DNA of 32,000 nt from the NCBI GenBank assembly GCA_963706425.1, contig CAVPMN010000020.1, positions 361,130-393,129 on the forward strand, read 5' to 3'. Below are positions 8,701 to 17,310 of this stretch, in pieces. Made by a program: the position numbers and the translations under genes. A model generated the notes under the pieces. That model did not search any database and had not been told where the DNA came from. It worked only from the letters and a program-made list of their open reading frames with translations. Source of the DNA: an uncultured Iamiaceae bacterium (GTDB lineage Bacteria > Actinomycetota > Acidimicrobiia > Acidimicrobiales > Acidimicrobilacustridaceae). Each line of letters opens with the position of its first letter. Positions within the stretch are counted from its first letter, which is position 1.

Positions 8701-10319
8701 GTCGGCATCCTCTCGGCCCGGTCGCCCGCTTCGACGGCCGTGCGTCGCGCCCACCCGTAGTCGGCCTTGCCGCTGGGAAGACGCTCCATGTGCTCGACCA
8801 GCACGAGCTGCTTCGGGAGCTTGTAGCCGGCGAGGACTTCTCGGGCCTGCTCCCTGAGCTCGGACAGCGATGGATTCCGGGTGGGGATCGGCTCGACCAC
8901 CGCGACCACGCGCTGGCCCCAACGCTCGTCGTCGACGCCGACGACCACGGCGTCGACCACGTCTGGATGCCGCTTCATCGCCGTTTCCACCTCCTCCGCG
9001 TAGATCTTCTCCCCGCCGCTGTTGATGCACTGCGACGAACGGCCGAGCACCACGATCGTGCCGTCGGCCTCGACCCGGGCGTGGTCGCCGGGCAGCGCCC
9101 AGCGCCGACCCTCGATCTCCACGAAGGTAGTGGCGGAACGCGTCGGGTCTCCCCGGTAGCCGATCGGCACGTGCCCGCTCCTGGCGAGGAGCCCCACGGA
9201 CTCCGAACCGGGCTCGATCGGTCGCAGATCGGTGTCGAGCACCGCTGTGCGATGGTCGACCTTCAGGCGGGGTGCGCCGAAAGGGTCGTCGGCGGGAGGC
9301 GCCCCGCCGACCTGCCCGGTCTCGGAGGAGCCGAACGAATCGGCCACGATGACCCCGGGCAGGGACCGGGCCAGCCGCTCCTTCGTGATGGGGGACAGGA
9401 CCGCCCCTCCCGAACCGATGGCCATGAGCGAGCCGATGTCGAGACCGGTCGAGGCATCCAGTGCGTCGAGGAGTGGTCGGGCCATGGCGTCGCCCACGAC
9501 CACCAGGACGTTGACCCGCTCGTCGCTGACGAGGCGCCAGGTGGTGCGCGGGTCGAAGTGCCCTGCGGGCAGAAGCACCAGCGTCCCCCCTCCGAAGAAG
9601 GTGGCGAAGGCCAACCATTGCGCGCTGGCGTGCATCAGCGGCGGGATGGGTAGAGCGACCATCCCTGGCCGCAGGAGTCGGGTGCTCAGCTGCTCCGGAC
9701 GATCGATGATATCCCCGAGCTGCAGCGGGTCGCCGCCTCCCATGGCGGCGAAGAAGATGTCCTCATGTCGCCACAGCACGCCCTTCGGTGGGCCCGTGGT
9801 CCCTCCGGTGTAGATGCAGTAGAGATCGTCGGATGACCGGGGATCGAAGTCGCGTTCGTCGGTCATTCCGGCGAGCTCGGTCTCGTAGTGACCGGCCCAG
9901 GGTGACGGCATCTCTCCGATGCCCGCGCCGACCTCCAGCACCACCCGCCGCTCGGTCATGGCCTCCAGCGACGCCCCCACCTCGCTGGCGAAGGAACGGC
10001 CGTACACCAGTCCCACCAGCCCGGCATCGTCGTAGAGGTGTCGTAGCTCGGTCGGGGTGTAGCGATAGTTCACGTTCACCGGCACGGCCCGCAGCTTGAA
10101 GCAGCCCAGCATGACCTCGAGGTACTCGGCCCCGTTGACCAGCTGCACCCCGACCATGTCGCCTCGTCCGATCCCGCCGGCGGCCAGACGGTGCGCGAGG
10201 CGGTTGGCGCGTTGGTCGAGCGTCGAATAGCTCAGCCGCTGTGGGCTCGCGACCACGGCGAGCGCGTCGGGGATGGTGTCGGCCACAGACTCGAAGAGAT
10301 CAGCGAGATTGAACTCCAC
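8697..10319 (-). CDS. Acyl-CoA synthetase / AMP-dependent ligase (FadD-like)
   Basis: AMP-binding motif IYTGGTTGPPKGV. N-terminus EFNLADLFESVADTIPDALAVV. C-terminal GKxD-type motif LPSGKADY. SD GGGAGGG lies just upstream of GTG 10319. Confidence 0.9.
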   Translation of the reverse strand: MEFNLADLFESVADTIPDALAVVASPQRLSYSTLDQRANRLAHRLAAGGIGRGDMVGVQLVNGAEYLEVMLGCFKLRAVPVNVNYRYTPTELRHLYDDAGLVGLVYGRSFASEVGASLEAMTERRVVLEVGAGIGEMPSPWAGHYETELAGMTDERDFDPRSSDDLYCIYTGGTTGPPKGVLWRHEDIFFAAMGGGDPLQLGDIIDRPEQLSTRLLRPGMVALPIPPLMHASAQWLAFATFFGGGTLVLLPAGHFDPRTTWRLVSDERVNVLVVVGDAMARPLLDALDASTGLDIGSLMAIGSGGAVLSPITKERLARSLPGVIVADSFGSSETGQVGGAPPADDPFGAPRLKVDHRTAVLDTDLRPIEPGSESVGLLARSGHVPIGYRGDPTRSATTFVEIEGRRWALPGDHARVEADGTIVVLGRSSQCINSGGEKIYAEEVETAMKRHPDVVDAVVVGVDDERWGQRVVAVVEPIPTRNPSLSELREQAREVLAGYKLPKQLVLVEHMERLPSGKADYGWARRTAVEAGDRAERMPT

Positions 10320-10503
10320 GACCCTCCCGATGAGTGGTGCCGTTGCCGAGGTAAGCGATCGGCCCCGGCGAGCCTCTGCCCGGGAACGGACGGTAGAGAG
10401 CCACCCCCGGTGTCGCTAGGGCCGAAGGCCCCACGCTCGGTTTCGTCGCTTCCCGCCCCGGTGGTCGGTCGCCTCGACACGGCCGGGCCAGTGCCCCGAC
10501 CGA

Positions 10504-11439
10504 TCAGGGCTCGATCGTCGATGCCACCACCTCGGCGGTGGTGGGCAGATCGATGACGGTGAGGTCTTCAGCCACCACCACGTCGTCGAACACCTCACCC
10601 GCTTCACGCCGGTGACCGGTGGGGTCTGTGTAGCGCGACGACAGGTGCGTGAGCACCAGGCGACCGACGCCGGCCTCTCGGGCCACCGTGGCCGCCTGAC
10701 GGGCGGTCATGTGACCCGCCTCGATGGCGAGCTCGACCTCCGACTCCAAAAAGGTGGCCTCGCAGAGCAGGAGGTCGGCGCCACGAGCCAACTCGACGGC
10801 AGCGTCACATGGCCTCGTATCCATCACGACGGCCACGCTGTGCCCGGGCCGCCACTCGCTGACCTCGTCGATGTGAACCCGTCGACCGTGGACCTCGAGC
10901 ACCGTGTCGCGTGCCAGCCTCGCCACGTCGGGTCCGTCGACACCGAGCGCCGCCAGCCGGTCGCTGTCGAAGTGTCGGCGAGGCGGCTCCTCGATCCGCC
11001 AACCGATCGCGTCGACGGAGTGATCGAGCGCGAGCGCCTCGATGCGCAGCGGCGGCCCCGCCTCGACGAGGCCGTCGTCTGCCACGGGCGCCAACCGGAC
11101 CTGCTGGCGGCGGCCGATGCTGGCGTTGCAGAGTCGTTCGACGTAGCGGCGGCCGCTGGCGGGAAAGTGGATGGGCAGGTCAAGGCCGGACCCGTCAAGG
11201 GCGAGCCGTTGCAGAATCCCGGGCAGCCCCAGGCAATGATCGCCGTGCAGGTGGGTGAGGCAGATCCGGGTGATGCGACCGGGCGACACACCCGCGAAGC
11301 CGAACTGACGCTGCGTGCCCTCGCCGGGATCGAAGAGGATTCCCTCGCGATCCCAGCGAAGGAGGTAGCCGTTGTGGTTCCGGGTGCGGGTGGGCACCTG
11401 ACTGGCCGTACCCAGGATCACCAGGTCGCGTCCGCTCAT
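10504..11439 (-). CDS. rnz: Ribonuclease Z (MBL-fold, short form)
   Basis: 311 aa. N-terminus LVILGTASQVPTRTRNHNGYLL. HxHxDH followed by GLPG (THLHGDHCLGLPGILQRL). ATG 11439 overlaps the upstream stop as ATGA. Confidence 0.8.
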   Translation of the reverse strand: MSGRDLVILGTASQVPTRTRNHNGYLLRWDREGILFDPGEGTQRQFGFAGVSPGRITRICLTHLHGDHCLGLPGILQRLALDGSGLDLPIHFPASGRRYVERLCNASIGRRQQVRLAPVADDGLVEAGPPLRIEALALDHSVDAIGWRIEEPPRRHFDSDRLAALGVDGPDVARLARDTVLEVHGRRVHIDEVSEWRPGHSVAVVMDTRPCDAAVELARGADLLLCEATFLESEVELAIEAGHMTARQAATVAREAGVGRLVLTHLSSRYTDPTGHRREAGEVFDDVVVAEDLTVIDLPTTAEVVASTIEP

Positions 11440-12227
11440 CGGTCAGCCCTGGGGATGGCCGTCACGGGTTGGCCGCTGCCCACCGGCGCGCCCAGTTGTC
11501 GATTCGCCAGGGCGAGCTGGCGGCGGGTGGAGGCACGCAGCCAGCCGAGTTGACGGGCATCGAGGCGATCACAGACCCAGTCCCAGTGCATGCTCACGAT
11601 GTCACCCGGGCGGATGGCCGGGCCGAGTGAGTCACCCTGGCGGGCGTGGCGCACGCTCTCGGTGGTGGCAGATCCCAGGTGAAGCGTGCCGGTGCGCCAC
11701 ACGATCGGGCGGGAGACCACCTCACAGTCGTCACCGTCGATCCGTTCGACTGTTCCCCACCGGATGCGGCAACGGTCGATGACCTCGACGGGCTGGTCGA
11801 CCAGCCCGCCGCGCAGCAGGCCCACCCACGGGCCGACGCACAGCACGTGGAAGGCATGGCACAACTCGGCTCCCGGCACGATCCCGGCGCGCAGGCGATC
11901 CCACGACCGACCGGCGCGTCTGCGGAAGCGATCGTCGATCGAGTTGCCGAGATCGTGGACCCGCACTCGACCGGCAGGGGGCGCGCCGAGCCAGTAGGCC
12001 TCGACCACCTGTTGACACAGCGGGTCGGGCTCGTCGGCCACACCGGCCAGCACTTCGAGATAGGGCCACGCACCTTCGAACTCCTGGGCGAGCGCGCGCA
12101 AACCGCCGTCGGCGAGTCCTGCATGGCCGTAGTCGAACAGCGCAGCCGAATCGTCGGATCCGCAGTAGCCAAGATCGTTGGGTGGAAAGGCGTAGCGGGC
12201 GAAGGTGACCGCACCTTCGACGCTCAT
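11436..12227 (-). CDS. Conserved hypothetical protein (possibly DUF6390-like) with a HypC-like C-terminal module
   Basis: 263 aa from ATG 12227 (ATGA overlap with the upstream stop). N-terminal ARYAFPPNDLGYCGS motif. C-terminal CRIRWGTVERIDGDDCEVV ... PGDIVSMHWDWVCDRLD resembles the HypC pattern. The family name is from memory only. Confidence 0.6.
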   Translation of the reverse strand: MSVEGAVTFARYAFPPNDLGYCGSDDSAALFDYGHAGLADGGLRALAQEFEGAWPYLEVLAGVADEPDPLCQQVVEAYWLGAPPAGRVRVHDLGNSIDDRFRRRAGRSWDRLRAGIVPGAELCHAFHVLCVGPWVGLLRGGLVDQPVEVIDRCRIRWGTVERIDGDDCEVVSRPIVWRTGTLHLGSATTESVRHARQGDSLGPAIRPGDIVSMHWDWVCDRLDARQLGWLRASTRRQLALANRQLGAPVGSGQPVTAIPRADR

Positions 12228-13168
12228 GCCGACGCCCGCTCGTGCTCGGGACCTGGTCCGACCATCGATGGGTTTGGTGCCTCGGTGCCGGTGGCCAACA
12301 CCACGGCGAAACCGGCCAGCGAAAGAAGCGCCAGGCCGAGCAACTTCGGACCGATCGGCTTGTCCTGCAATATGGCGTCGAGGGCCGCAGTGATGGGCAC
12401 CGCCAGCACCAGCACCGCCGTGACCACCACCGCTGGCGCGTTGGCCAGGGCGGTGGTCCAGCACGCGACATAGCCGGCCAGCACCAGTCCGGTGACGAGT
12501 GCCCACAGCCAGGCCTCCGCCCCCAGACCATCGAGCTCGCCGCCGGTGATGACCACCCAGCCGACCAGCACCATCAGGCCTCCGCCCAATCGAACAGTGC
12601 CGACCGTCAGCGGCGACAAGCTGCGCAGCAGTCGCTTCATGACGATGACCTCACTGGCCCAGAGCATCGTGGCCCCGAGGATCATCAGCTCCGGTCGACC
12701 CGCGTCGATCGCCCCGAGGTCGCCGGCGAGCAGGACGTGGCCGGCCATCAGGGCGATGATCGCGACCGCGACCGGCCAGCCGATCCGTTCCGACAGCAGC
12801 CATGGCGCGGCCAGTGCCACCCACAGAACGAGCGTCTTGTGGAGGAACGCGGCGTCGGTCGACGACGCCGCGGCCAGCCCCTCGAAGAAGAGGGCGAACG
12901 CCAGCCCTCCGCCGATGAGCGCGACAGCGGCGAGCCCGGCCACCTGACCGCCCGTCGTGGGTTTCGTCCACCCCGCCGCCGGACGGCGCCGCCCCGCGAC
13001 GACCATCGCCACGCCGAGCAACAGCGCGGCGACGGCGTTCTTGGTGGTGGTGTGCAGGGCGGGCCCGCCCGAGGCCTTCACGGCCAGCCCGTTCAGGTAG
13101 ACGGCGATGCCCGAGATGCCGGCAGTCGTGAGCGCCGCCACCAGACCCAGGCGTCGTCGATCGTTCAT
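12224..13168 (-). CDS. DMT-superfamily (EamA-type) transporter
   Basis: 314 aa from ATG 13168, about 10 hydrophobic helices in two halves. The same frame stays open upstream into the HypC-like module (see findings). Confidence 0.75.
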   Translation of the reverse strand: MNDRRRLGLVAALTTAGISGIAVYLNGLAVKASGGPALHTTTKNAVAALLLGVAMVVAGRRRPAAGWTKPTTGGQVAGLAAVALIGGGLAFALFFEGLAAASSTDAAFLHKTLVLWVALAAPWLLSERIGWPVAVAIIALMAGHVLLAGDLGAIDAGRPELMILGATMLWASEVIVMKRLLRSLSPLTVGTVRLGGGLMVLVGWVVITGGELDGLGAEAWLWALVTGLVLAGYVACWTTALANAPAVVVTAVLVLAVPITAALDAILQDKPIGPKLLGLALLSLAGFAVVLATGTEAPNPSMVGPGPEHERASA

Positions 13169-13384
13169 CGGTCTGCTCCATCGTCGGTGAACGGCTCGGG
13201 GGCATCGGTGACCAGCCTCGAGGGCGAAACCGCAATCGACGCGGACCACATCACCCACCTCGACCGGCAGGCCCTCGAGCACGAGCAGATCGAGACGCAC
13301 GCGTACCGACCGGCCGTCGACCTGTCCGACGGCTTCGCCCCGCTCGCCGAGCTCGACGATGGTGACATCACTGCTCAGACACAC
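13165..13384 (-). CDS. hypC: HypC/HupF-family hydrogenase maturation chaperone-like module; frame anomaly at its 3' end (fusion to DMT or +1 frameshift)
   Basis: GTG 13384 with SD AGGAGGG (13391-13397). Translation (M)CLSSDVTIVELGERGEAVGQVDGRSVRVRLDLLVLEGLPVEVGDVVRVDCGFALE matches the HypC pattern (N-terminal Met-Cys, IVEL, GD-V-V--GFA). There is no in-frame stop before the DMT ATG. The +1 frame ends at TGA 13165-13167, forming ATGA with that ATG. Confidence 0.65.
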
Positions 13385-13895
13385 GGCTGTTCCCTCCTGA
13401 GGTCGACGCCCCGAAATGCTCGGTGACCAGATCGACGACGAGCTCCACCGCCGGCGCAACCGCGTCGGCCACGCGCCGGTCGAGGTCGAGTCCGTCGGTG
13501 TGGGTGAACGATGCCCCCTCGATGCCGATGGCCACGAGCCGATCGGGCAACCGATCGAGCGCTTCGGCCAACCGCACGGCGTCGGCGATGCCGAGCGCGT
13601 GGGATCCGCCGTGTCGGCTCGACCGGCCCAGTGCGCCGAGGCCGTCGGCCGCCAGGTCGACGCGGTGCACCGTGCCAGGTGGACCACCGCCTCGGGCGGC
13701 GTCGACCACGATCGCCAACCGACGGCCACTCCAGAGTTCGAGCAGTCGGCCGGGCTCGCCGTCGACCTCGGCGCTCTCCACGTCGTAGCCAGTGAGCCGA
13801 GACGCGACGGCTCGCCCGACGGCAAGGCCGACCCCGTCGTCGCCCCGCCACAGGTTGCCCACGCCGATCACCACGACGGACGGCGCAGTCTTCAT
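13368..13895 (-). CDS. Hydrogenase maturation endopeptidase (HycI/FrhD/HyaD family)
   Basis: 175 aa. VVIGVGNLWRGDDGVGLAV motif. ATG 13895 overlaps the large-subunit stop as ATGA. Confidence 0.85.
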   Translation of the reverse strand: MKTAPSVVVIGVGNLWRGDDGVGLAVGRAVASRLTGYDVESAEVDGEPGRLLELWSGRRLAIVVDAARGGGPPGTVHRVDLAADGLGALGRSSRHGGSHALGIADAVRLAEALDRLPDRLVAIGIEGASFTHTDGLDLDRRVADAVAPAVELVVDLVTEHFGASTSGGNSRVSEQ

Positions 13896-15211
13896 CGGTG
13901 CACCACCGTGAGATCGAGGAAGTGCGTGGCGCACGAGATGCACGGGTCGTGGTTTCGGATGGCCTGCTCACAAGTATGGGTGAGCTCGTCGACATCGAGC
14001 TCGCCACGGTTGGCGAGCAGGTGGTCATCGACGATGTGCCACAGGTCGTGTTCGATCACGGCCTGGTTCTGCGAGGTGGGTGGGATGATGTCTGCATCGA
14101 CGATGGTGCCGCTCGAGTCGAGCTGGTAGCGGTGGTAGAGCAACCCGCGAGGCGCTTCGGTGGCACCGTGACCCACCGCCGCACGAGGGGGCACAGTCTG
14201 CGCAGGCGGATCGGGCGGCTCGTAGCGATCGATGGCGGTGAGGGCCTCGTCGCACGCGTGGAGAACCTCCACGGCGCGAACCACGATGCTGCGGAACGGG
14301 TTGTGCACCGGCGCCACCAGGCCGGCCGACCGCGCCGCATCTGCGGCCAAGGCGCACAGACGCTCGGAGTTCAGGTTGAAACGGGCCAGCGGTCCGACCC
14401 GGTAGTGCTGACCGTCGAGGAGGCTGGCGTGCAGAGCGGTGGAGTGCGGCACCTGATGCTCGCCGATGTGATCGAGGAGCTCGGCGGCGTCGAGGTCGAG
14501 GCCGCTGCTCGACACGATGCGGCCCTCGAGGATCGCGTAGTCGTCAGGGTGCTGAAGGGCCACATCGATGTGAGGTTCGCCGTGATCGGGGAACTCGAAG
14601 CCGGCGACCCACTCGACGGTGGCGATGGCATCGTCGCGGGCGACCAGCAGCTCCTCACGGAGGGGGCGCAGCTCCGCACGGGTGGGCGATCGCCAGAACC
14701 CACCGACACGCACGTTGACCGGATGCACGGCGCGTCCACCCAGCAGCTCGATGACGTGATTGCCCGCCTTCTTGAGGCGCAGGCCCCGCTCCACGGCCGG
14801 CCGATCGCGCTCGGCCAACTCGATGGCGCTCTCGACCCCGAGGAAGTCGGGCGCGTGCAACAGGTAGACGTGAAGTGTGTGGCTCTCGATCCACTCGCCG
14901 AAGTAGAGGAGACGACGCAGCGCCAGCACCCGCTCGTCGATCTCGACGCCGCACGCGTCTTCGATCGCCCGACAGGCGCTCATCTGGTAGGCGACCGGGC
15001 AGATACCGCAGATCCGCGCCGTGATGTCGGGTGGCTCGGTGTGGCCCCGGCCACGAAGGAACGCCTCGAAGAAGCGAGGAGGCTCGTAGATTCGCAGTTG
15101 GACGTCGGTCACCCGTCGGTCGTCGATCTCGATGACCATGGCCCCCTCGCCTTCGACACGGGCAAGCCCGTCGACGCGCAGCGTGTGGCTTGCCGGGCTT
15201 CGGTGGGTCAT
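13892..15211 (-). CDS. hyhL: [NiFe]-hydrogenase large (alpha) subunit, group 3 (3b-type by gene context)
   Basis: 439 aa from ATG 15211. N-terminal metal-site motif [11 protein letters not shown]-terminal DPCISCATH followed by a 9-aa extension FLDLTVVHR (protease substrate). Confidence 0.9.
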   Translation of the reverse strand: MTHRSPASHTLRVDGLARVEGEGAMVIEIDDRRVTDVQLRIYEPPRFFEAFLRGRGHTEPPDITARICGICPVAYQMSACRAIEDACGVEIDERVLALRRLLYFGEWIESHTLHVYLLHAPDFLGVESAIELAERDRPAVERGLRLKKAGNHVIELLGGRAVHPVNVRVGGFWRSPTRAELRPLREELLVARDDAIATVEWVAGFEFPDHGEPHIDVALQHPDDYAILEGRIVSSSGLDLDAAELLDHIGEHQVPHSTALHASLLDGQHYRVGPLARFNLNSERLCALAADAARSAGLVAPVHNPFRSIVVRAVEVLHACDEALTAIDRYEPPDPPAQTVPPRAAVGHGATEAPRGLLYHRYQLDSSGTIVDADIIPPTSQNQAVIEHDLWHIVDDHLLANRGELDVDELTHTCEQAIRNHDPCISCATHFLDLTVVHR

Positions 15212-16011
15212 GGTTGCTCCTCTCGGGTGTCGGTCGCTCCGTCGAGGCGGGTGGACTCCTCGCGGAACGGCTCGGCCCAGGCGTTGAACGAGCGCAGCAG
15301 GCGCACCGCCGACTCGTTGGTCGTGCCCAGCTCGACCAGCTGTGCACTCAGGGCGGGCAGGTTGGTCGTCTCGGCCGGGCCGTAGCACCCGTAGCAGCCA
15401 CGTCGGTAGGCGGGACACAACGCCCCACAACCGGCGTGCGTGACCGGCCCAAGGCAGGCCTGGCCCTCGGTCACCAGAACGCACGTGGCCCCTCGTTGCT
15501 TGCACTCGAGGCACACGCTGTGGGAGGGCAACGTCGGTCGCCGCCCGGCCAAGATCGCGCTGATGACCTCGAGGAGCTGGTGCTTCGAGATCGGGCAACC
15601 ACGAACCTCGAGGTCGACGTTCACGTGGGCGGCGATGGGAGTCGCCTGGTCGAGCGTGTCGATGTAGTGGGGTTGGGCGTAGACGATCGAGAGGTACTCA
15701 CCGACGTCGGCGAAGTTGCGCAGGGCCTGGATGCCGCCGGCCGTGGCGCACGCGCCGATGGTGACGAGCGTGTCGGATGCGGCTCGCACCTCGAGAATCC
15801 GTCGGCGGTCGTCGGGGGTGGTGATCGACCCCTCGACCAACGAGACGTCGTAGCGGCCCTCGACCCGTGCCAGTCCGGCCTCGAGGAAGTAGGCCAGCTC
15901 CACCTTTTCGGCCACGGTGAGCAGCTCGTCCTCGCAGTCGAGGAGCGTGAGCTGGCAGCCGTCGCACGACGCGAACTTCCACACCGCCACGCGCGGCCTG
16001 TGTGCGTTCAC
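15208..16011 (-). CDS. hyhS: [NiFe]-hydrogenase small (delta) subunit, NuoB/20-kDa-like
   Basis: 267 aa. [25 protein letters not shown]-terminus and further Cys clusters (CATAGG, GCPISKH, C-rich C-terminal region). GTG 16011 overlaps the upstream stop as GTGA. Confidence 0.85.
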   Translation of the reverse strand: MNAHRPRVAVWKFASCDGCQLTLLDCEDELLTVAEKVELAYFLEAGLARVEGRYDVSLVEGSITTPDDRRRILEVRAASDTLVTIGACATAGGIQALRNFADVGEYLSIVYAQPHYIDTLDQATPIAAHVNVDLEVRGCPISKHQLLEVISAILAGRRPTLPSHSVCLECKQRGATCVLVTEGQACLGPVTHAGCGALCPAYRRGCYGCYGPAETTNLPALSAQLVELGTTNESAVRLLRSFNAWAEPFREESTRLDGATDTREEQP

Positions 16012-16865
16012 AGCTCACGCACCCTGAGCAGAGTGTCGACGTCGTCCCAACGCCGGACCGGGCCGTCACGGCAGAGCAGCAGGGGCCCGAGCTGGCAGTG
16101 GCCGCAGAGCCCGATGCCGCACCGCATGTTGCGTTCGAGCGAGACCTGCAGCCGCGAAGGCGCCACACCCAGATCGACCAAGGCGCGGGCCGCGAACCTG
16201 ATCATCACTTCGGGGCCGCACACCAGCGCCGTGGTGCGACCCGGATCGACCGAGAGGCCGGGGAGCAAACGCGTGATGACGCCGACCCCACCCCTCCAGC
16301 CGGGCGACGCCCGATCGACGGTGACCGTGACCTCGAGATCGGGGCGGCGGGACCACCCGCCGATCTCTTCGGCGAATACGACATCGGCGGGCGAGCGGGC
16401 TCCGACGAGGATCACGACTCGGCCGAACTCGTCACGACGCTCGAGGACGGCATTGATCGCCGGACGCAGCGGCGCCAGCCCGATGCCTCCGGCCACCATC
16501 ACCAGGTCGTCGCCAGGGCGGGTCGTCAGATCCCAGCCCTGGCCGAACGGGCCCCGCGCGCCGATCACCTGACCCACCTCCGCTCGGCACAACGCATCGG
16601 TGACTGCACCGACCCTCTTGATGGTGTGCAGCACCTCGGCACCGGACCCTCGCCCGCTCACGGAGACCGCCACTTCACCGACCCCCGGGACCCACAGCAT
16701 GGAGAACTGCCCGGGTGCGGCGTCGGCACCATCGGCACTGTCGAGCGCCAACGTGACGACGTCGGCGGTCTCGATCCGGCGGGAGACGACCAGCGCGGCT
16801 GCCGGCGCCAGAAGAGTCGGCAGGGCGCCGAGCGAGACCTCAGGCACCATTGTGGTTCCGGGCAT
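16008..16865 (-). CDS. hyhG: Hydrogenase gamma subunit: FNR-like FAD/NAD(P)-binding protein with C-terminal 2Fe-2S site
   Basis: [20 protein letters not shown] (FAD-binding barrel), [11 protein letters not shown] (NAD(P) fold), and C-terminal [12 protein letters not shown]...C cluster. Start is ambiguous (ATG 16865 or ATG 16850); both overlap the upstream cistron. Confidence 0.8.
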   Translation of the reverse strand: MPGTTMVPEVSLGALPTLLAPAAALVVSRRIETADVVTLALDSADGADAAPGQFSMLWVPGVGEVAVSVSGRGSGAEVLHTIKRVGAVTDALCRAEVGQVIGARGPFGQGWDLTTRPGDDLVMVAGGIGLAPLRPAINAVLERRDEFGRVVILVGARSPADVVFAEEIGGWSRRPDLEVTVTVDRASPGWRGGVGVITRLLPGLSVDPGRTTALVCGPEVMIRFAARALVDLGVAPSRLQVSLERNMRCGIGLCGHCQLGPLLLCRDGPVRRWDDVDTLLRVREL

Positions 16866-17310
16866 AGAGGTCGAGGAGCTGCAGCCGAGTGGACTGCAGC
16901 CGCTGGGCGGTCAGATGGGCGACGCGCTGCATCAGGCGATAGCCGAGCGCGGTGTCCTCGTCGCACTTGCGTCGTAGGCAGGCGGCATCGATCTGCACGG
17001 CATGCACCTCGTCGACGGCCACCACATCCGCACTCCACCGATAGGGCGGAACGAGCCACGACCAACCGACCAGCTCGCCGGGGCCGAGCGTCAGAATCCG
17101 CAACGCACCTCGGCCGGGGGCCTCCACGTCCAGGGCCACCCGACCGGCGCGGATCACTAGGAACGTCTCGGCGGGATCACCCTCGCGGGCCAACGTCTCG
17201 CCGGCGGAGCACACGACGTTGACCGCGCAGCCGGCCATCAGCTCCAGGTCCGACTCGGGGAGACCGACGAGATCCGCCTGTTCGGCGAGAAGGTCGCGGA
17301 TCGCCTTCAT
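16840..17310 (-). CDS. Stand-alone cyclic-nucleotide-binding (CAP effector) domain protein
   Basis: 156 aa from ATG 17310 (ATGA overlap with the beta-subunit stop). [27 protein letters not shown] ... [12 protein letters not shown] ... [18 protein letters not shown] matches the cNMP-binding beta-barrel with a variant phosphate-binding cassette. No DNA-binding domain. Confidence 0.8.
   Translation of the reverse strand: MKAIRDLLAEQADLVGLPESDLELMAGCAVNVVCSAGETLAREGDPAETFLVIRAGRVALDVEAPGRGALRILTLGPGELVGWSWLVPPYRWSADVVAVDEVHAVQIDAACLRRKCDEDTALGYRLMQRVAHLTAQRLQSTRLQLLDLYARNHNGA

Noticed and set aside
7546-9618. Very long ORFs with non-homologous N-terminal extensions in the track (690 aa at 7546..9618, 671 aa at 18558..20573, 568 aa at 13892..15598, 533 aa at 12224..13825, 356 aa at 11436..12506)
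   Set aside because: Stop codons are rare at this GC content, so frames stay open upstream of true starts. Family-typical N-termini, SD sequences and ATGA/GTGA overlaps identify the shorter genes listed in features.
10320-10503. 184-nt intergenic region between rnz and the acyl-CoA synthetase, examined for a tRNA, riboswitch or terminator
   Set aside because: Only short GC hairpins were found: GGGCC-GAA-GGCCC at 10419-10431, and a 7-bp stem pairing 10465-10471 with 10497-10503. There is no cloverleaf, no U-tract and no recognisable riboswitch core. Evidence is insufficient for a call.
16840-16865. Possibility that the cNMP-domain cistron and hyhG are another frameshifted fusion
   Set aside because: The cNMP protein ends naturally after its C-helix with a TGA, and hyhG has in-frame ATG starts overlapping that stop. 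An ordinary overlapping gene pair explains the data.
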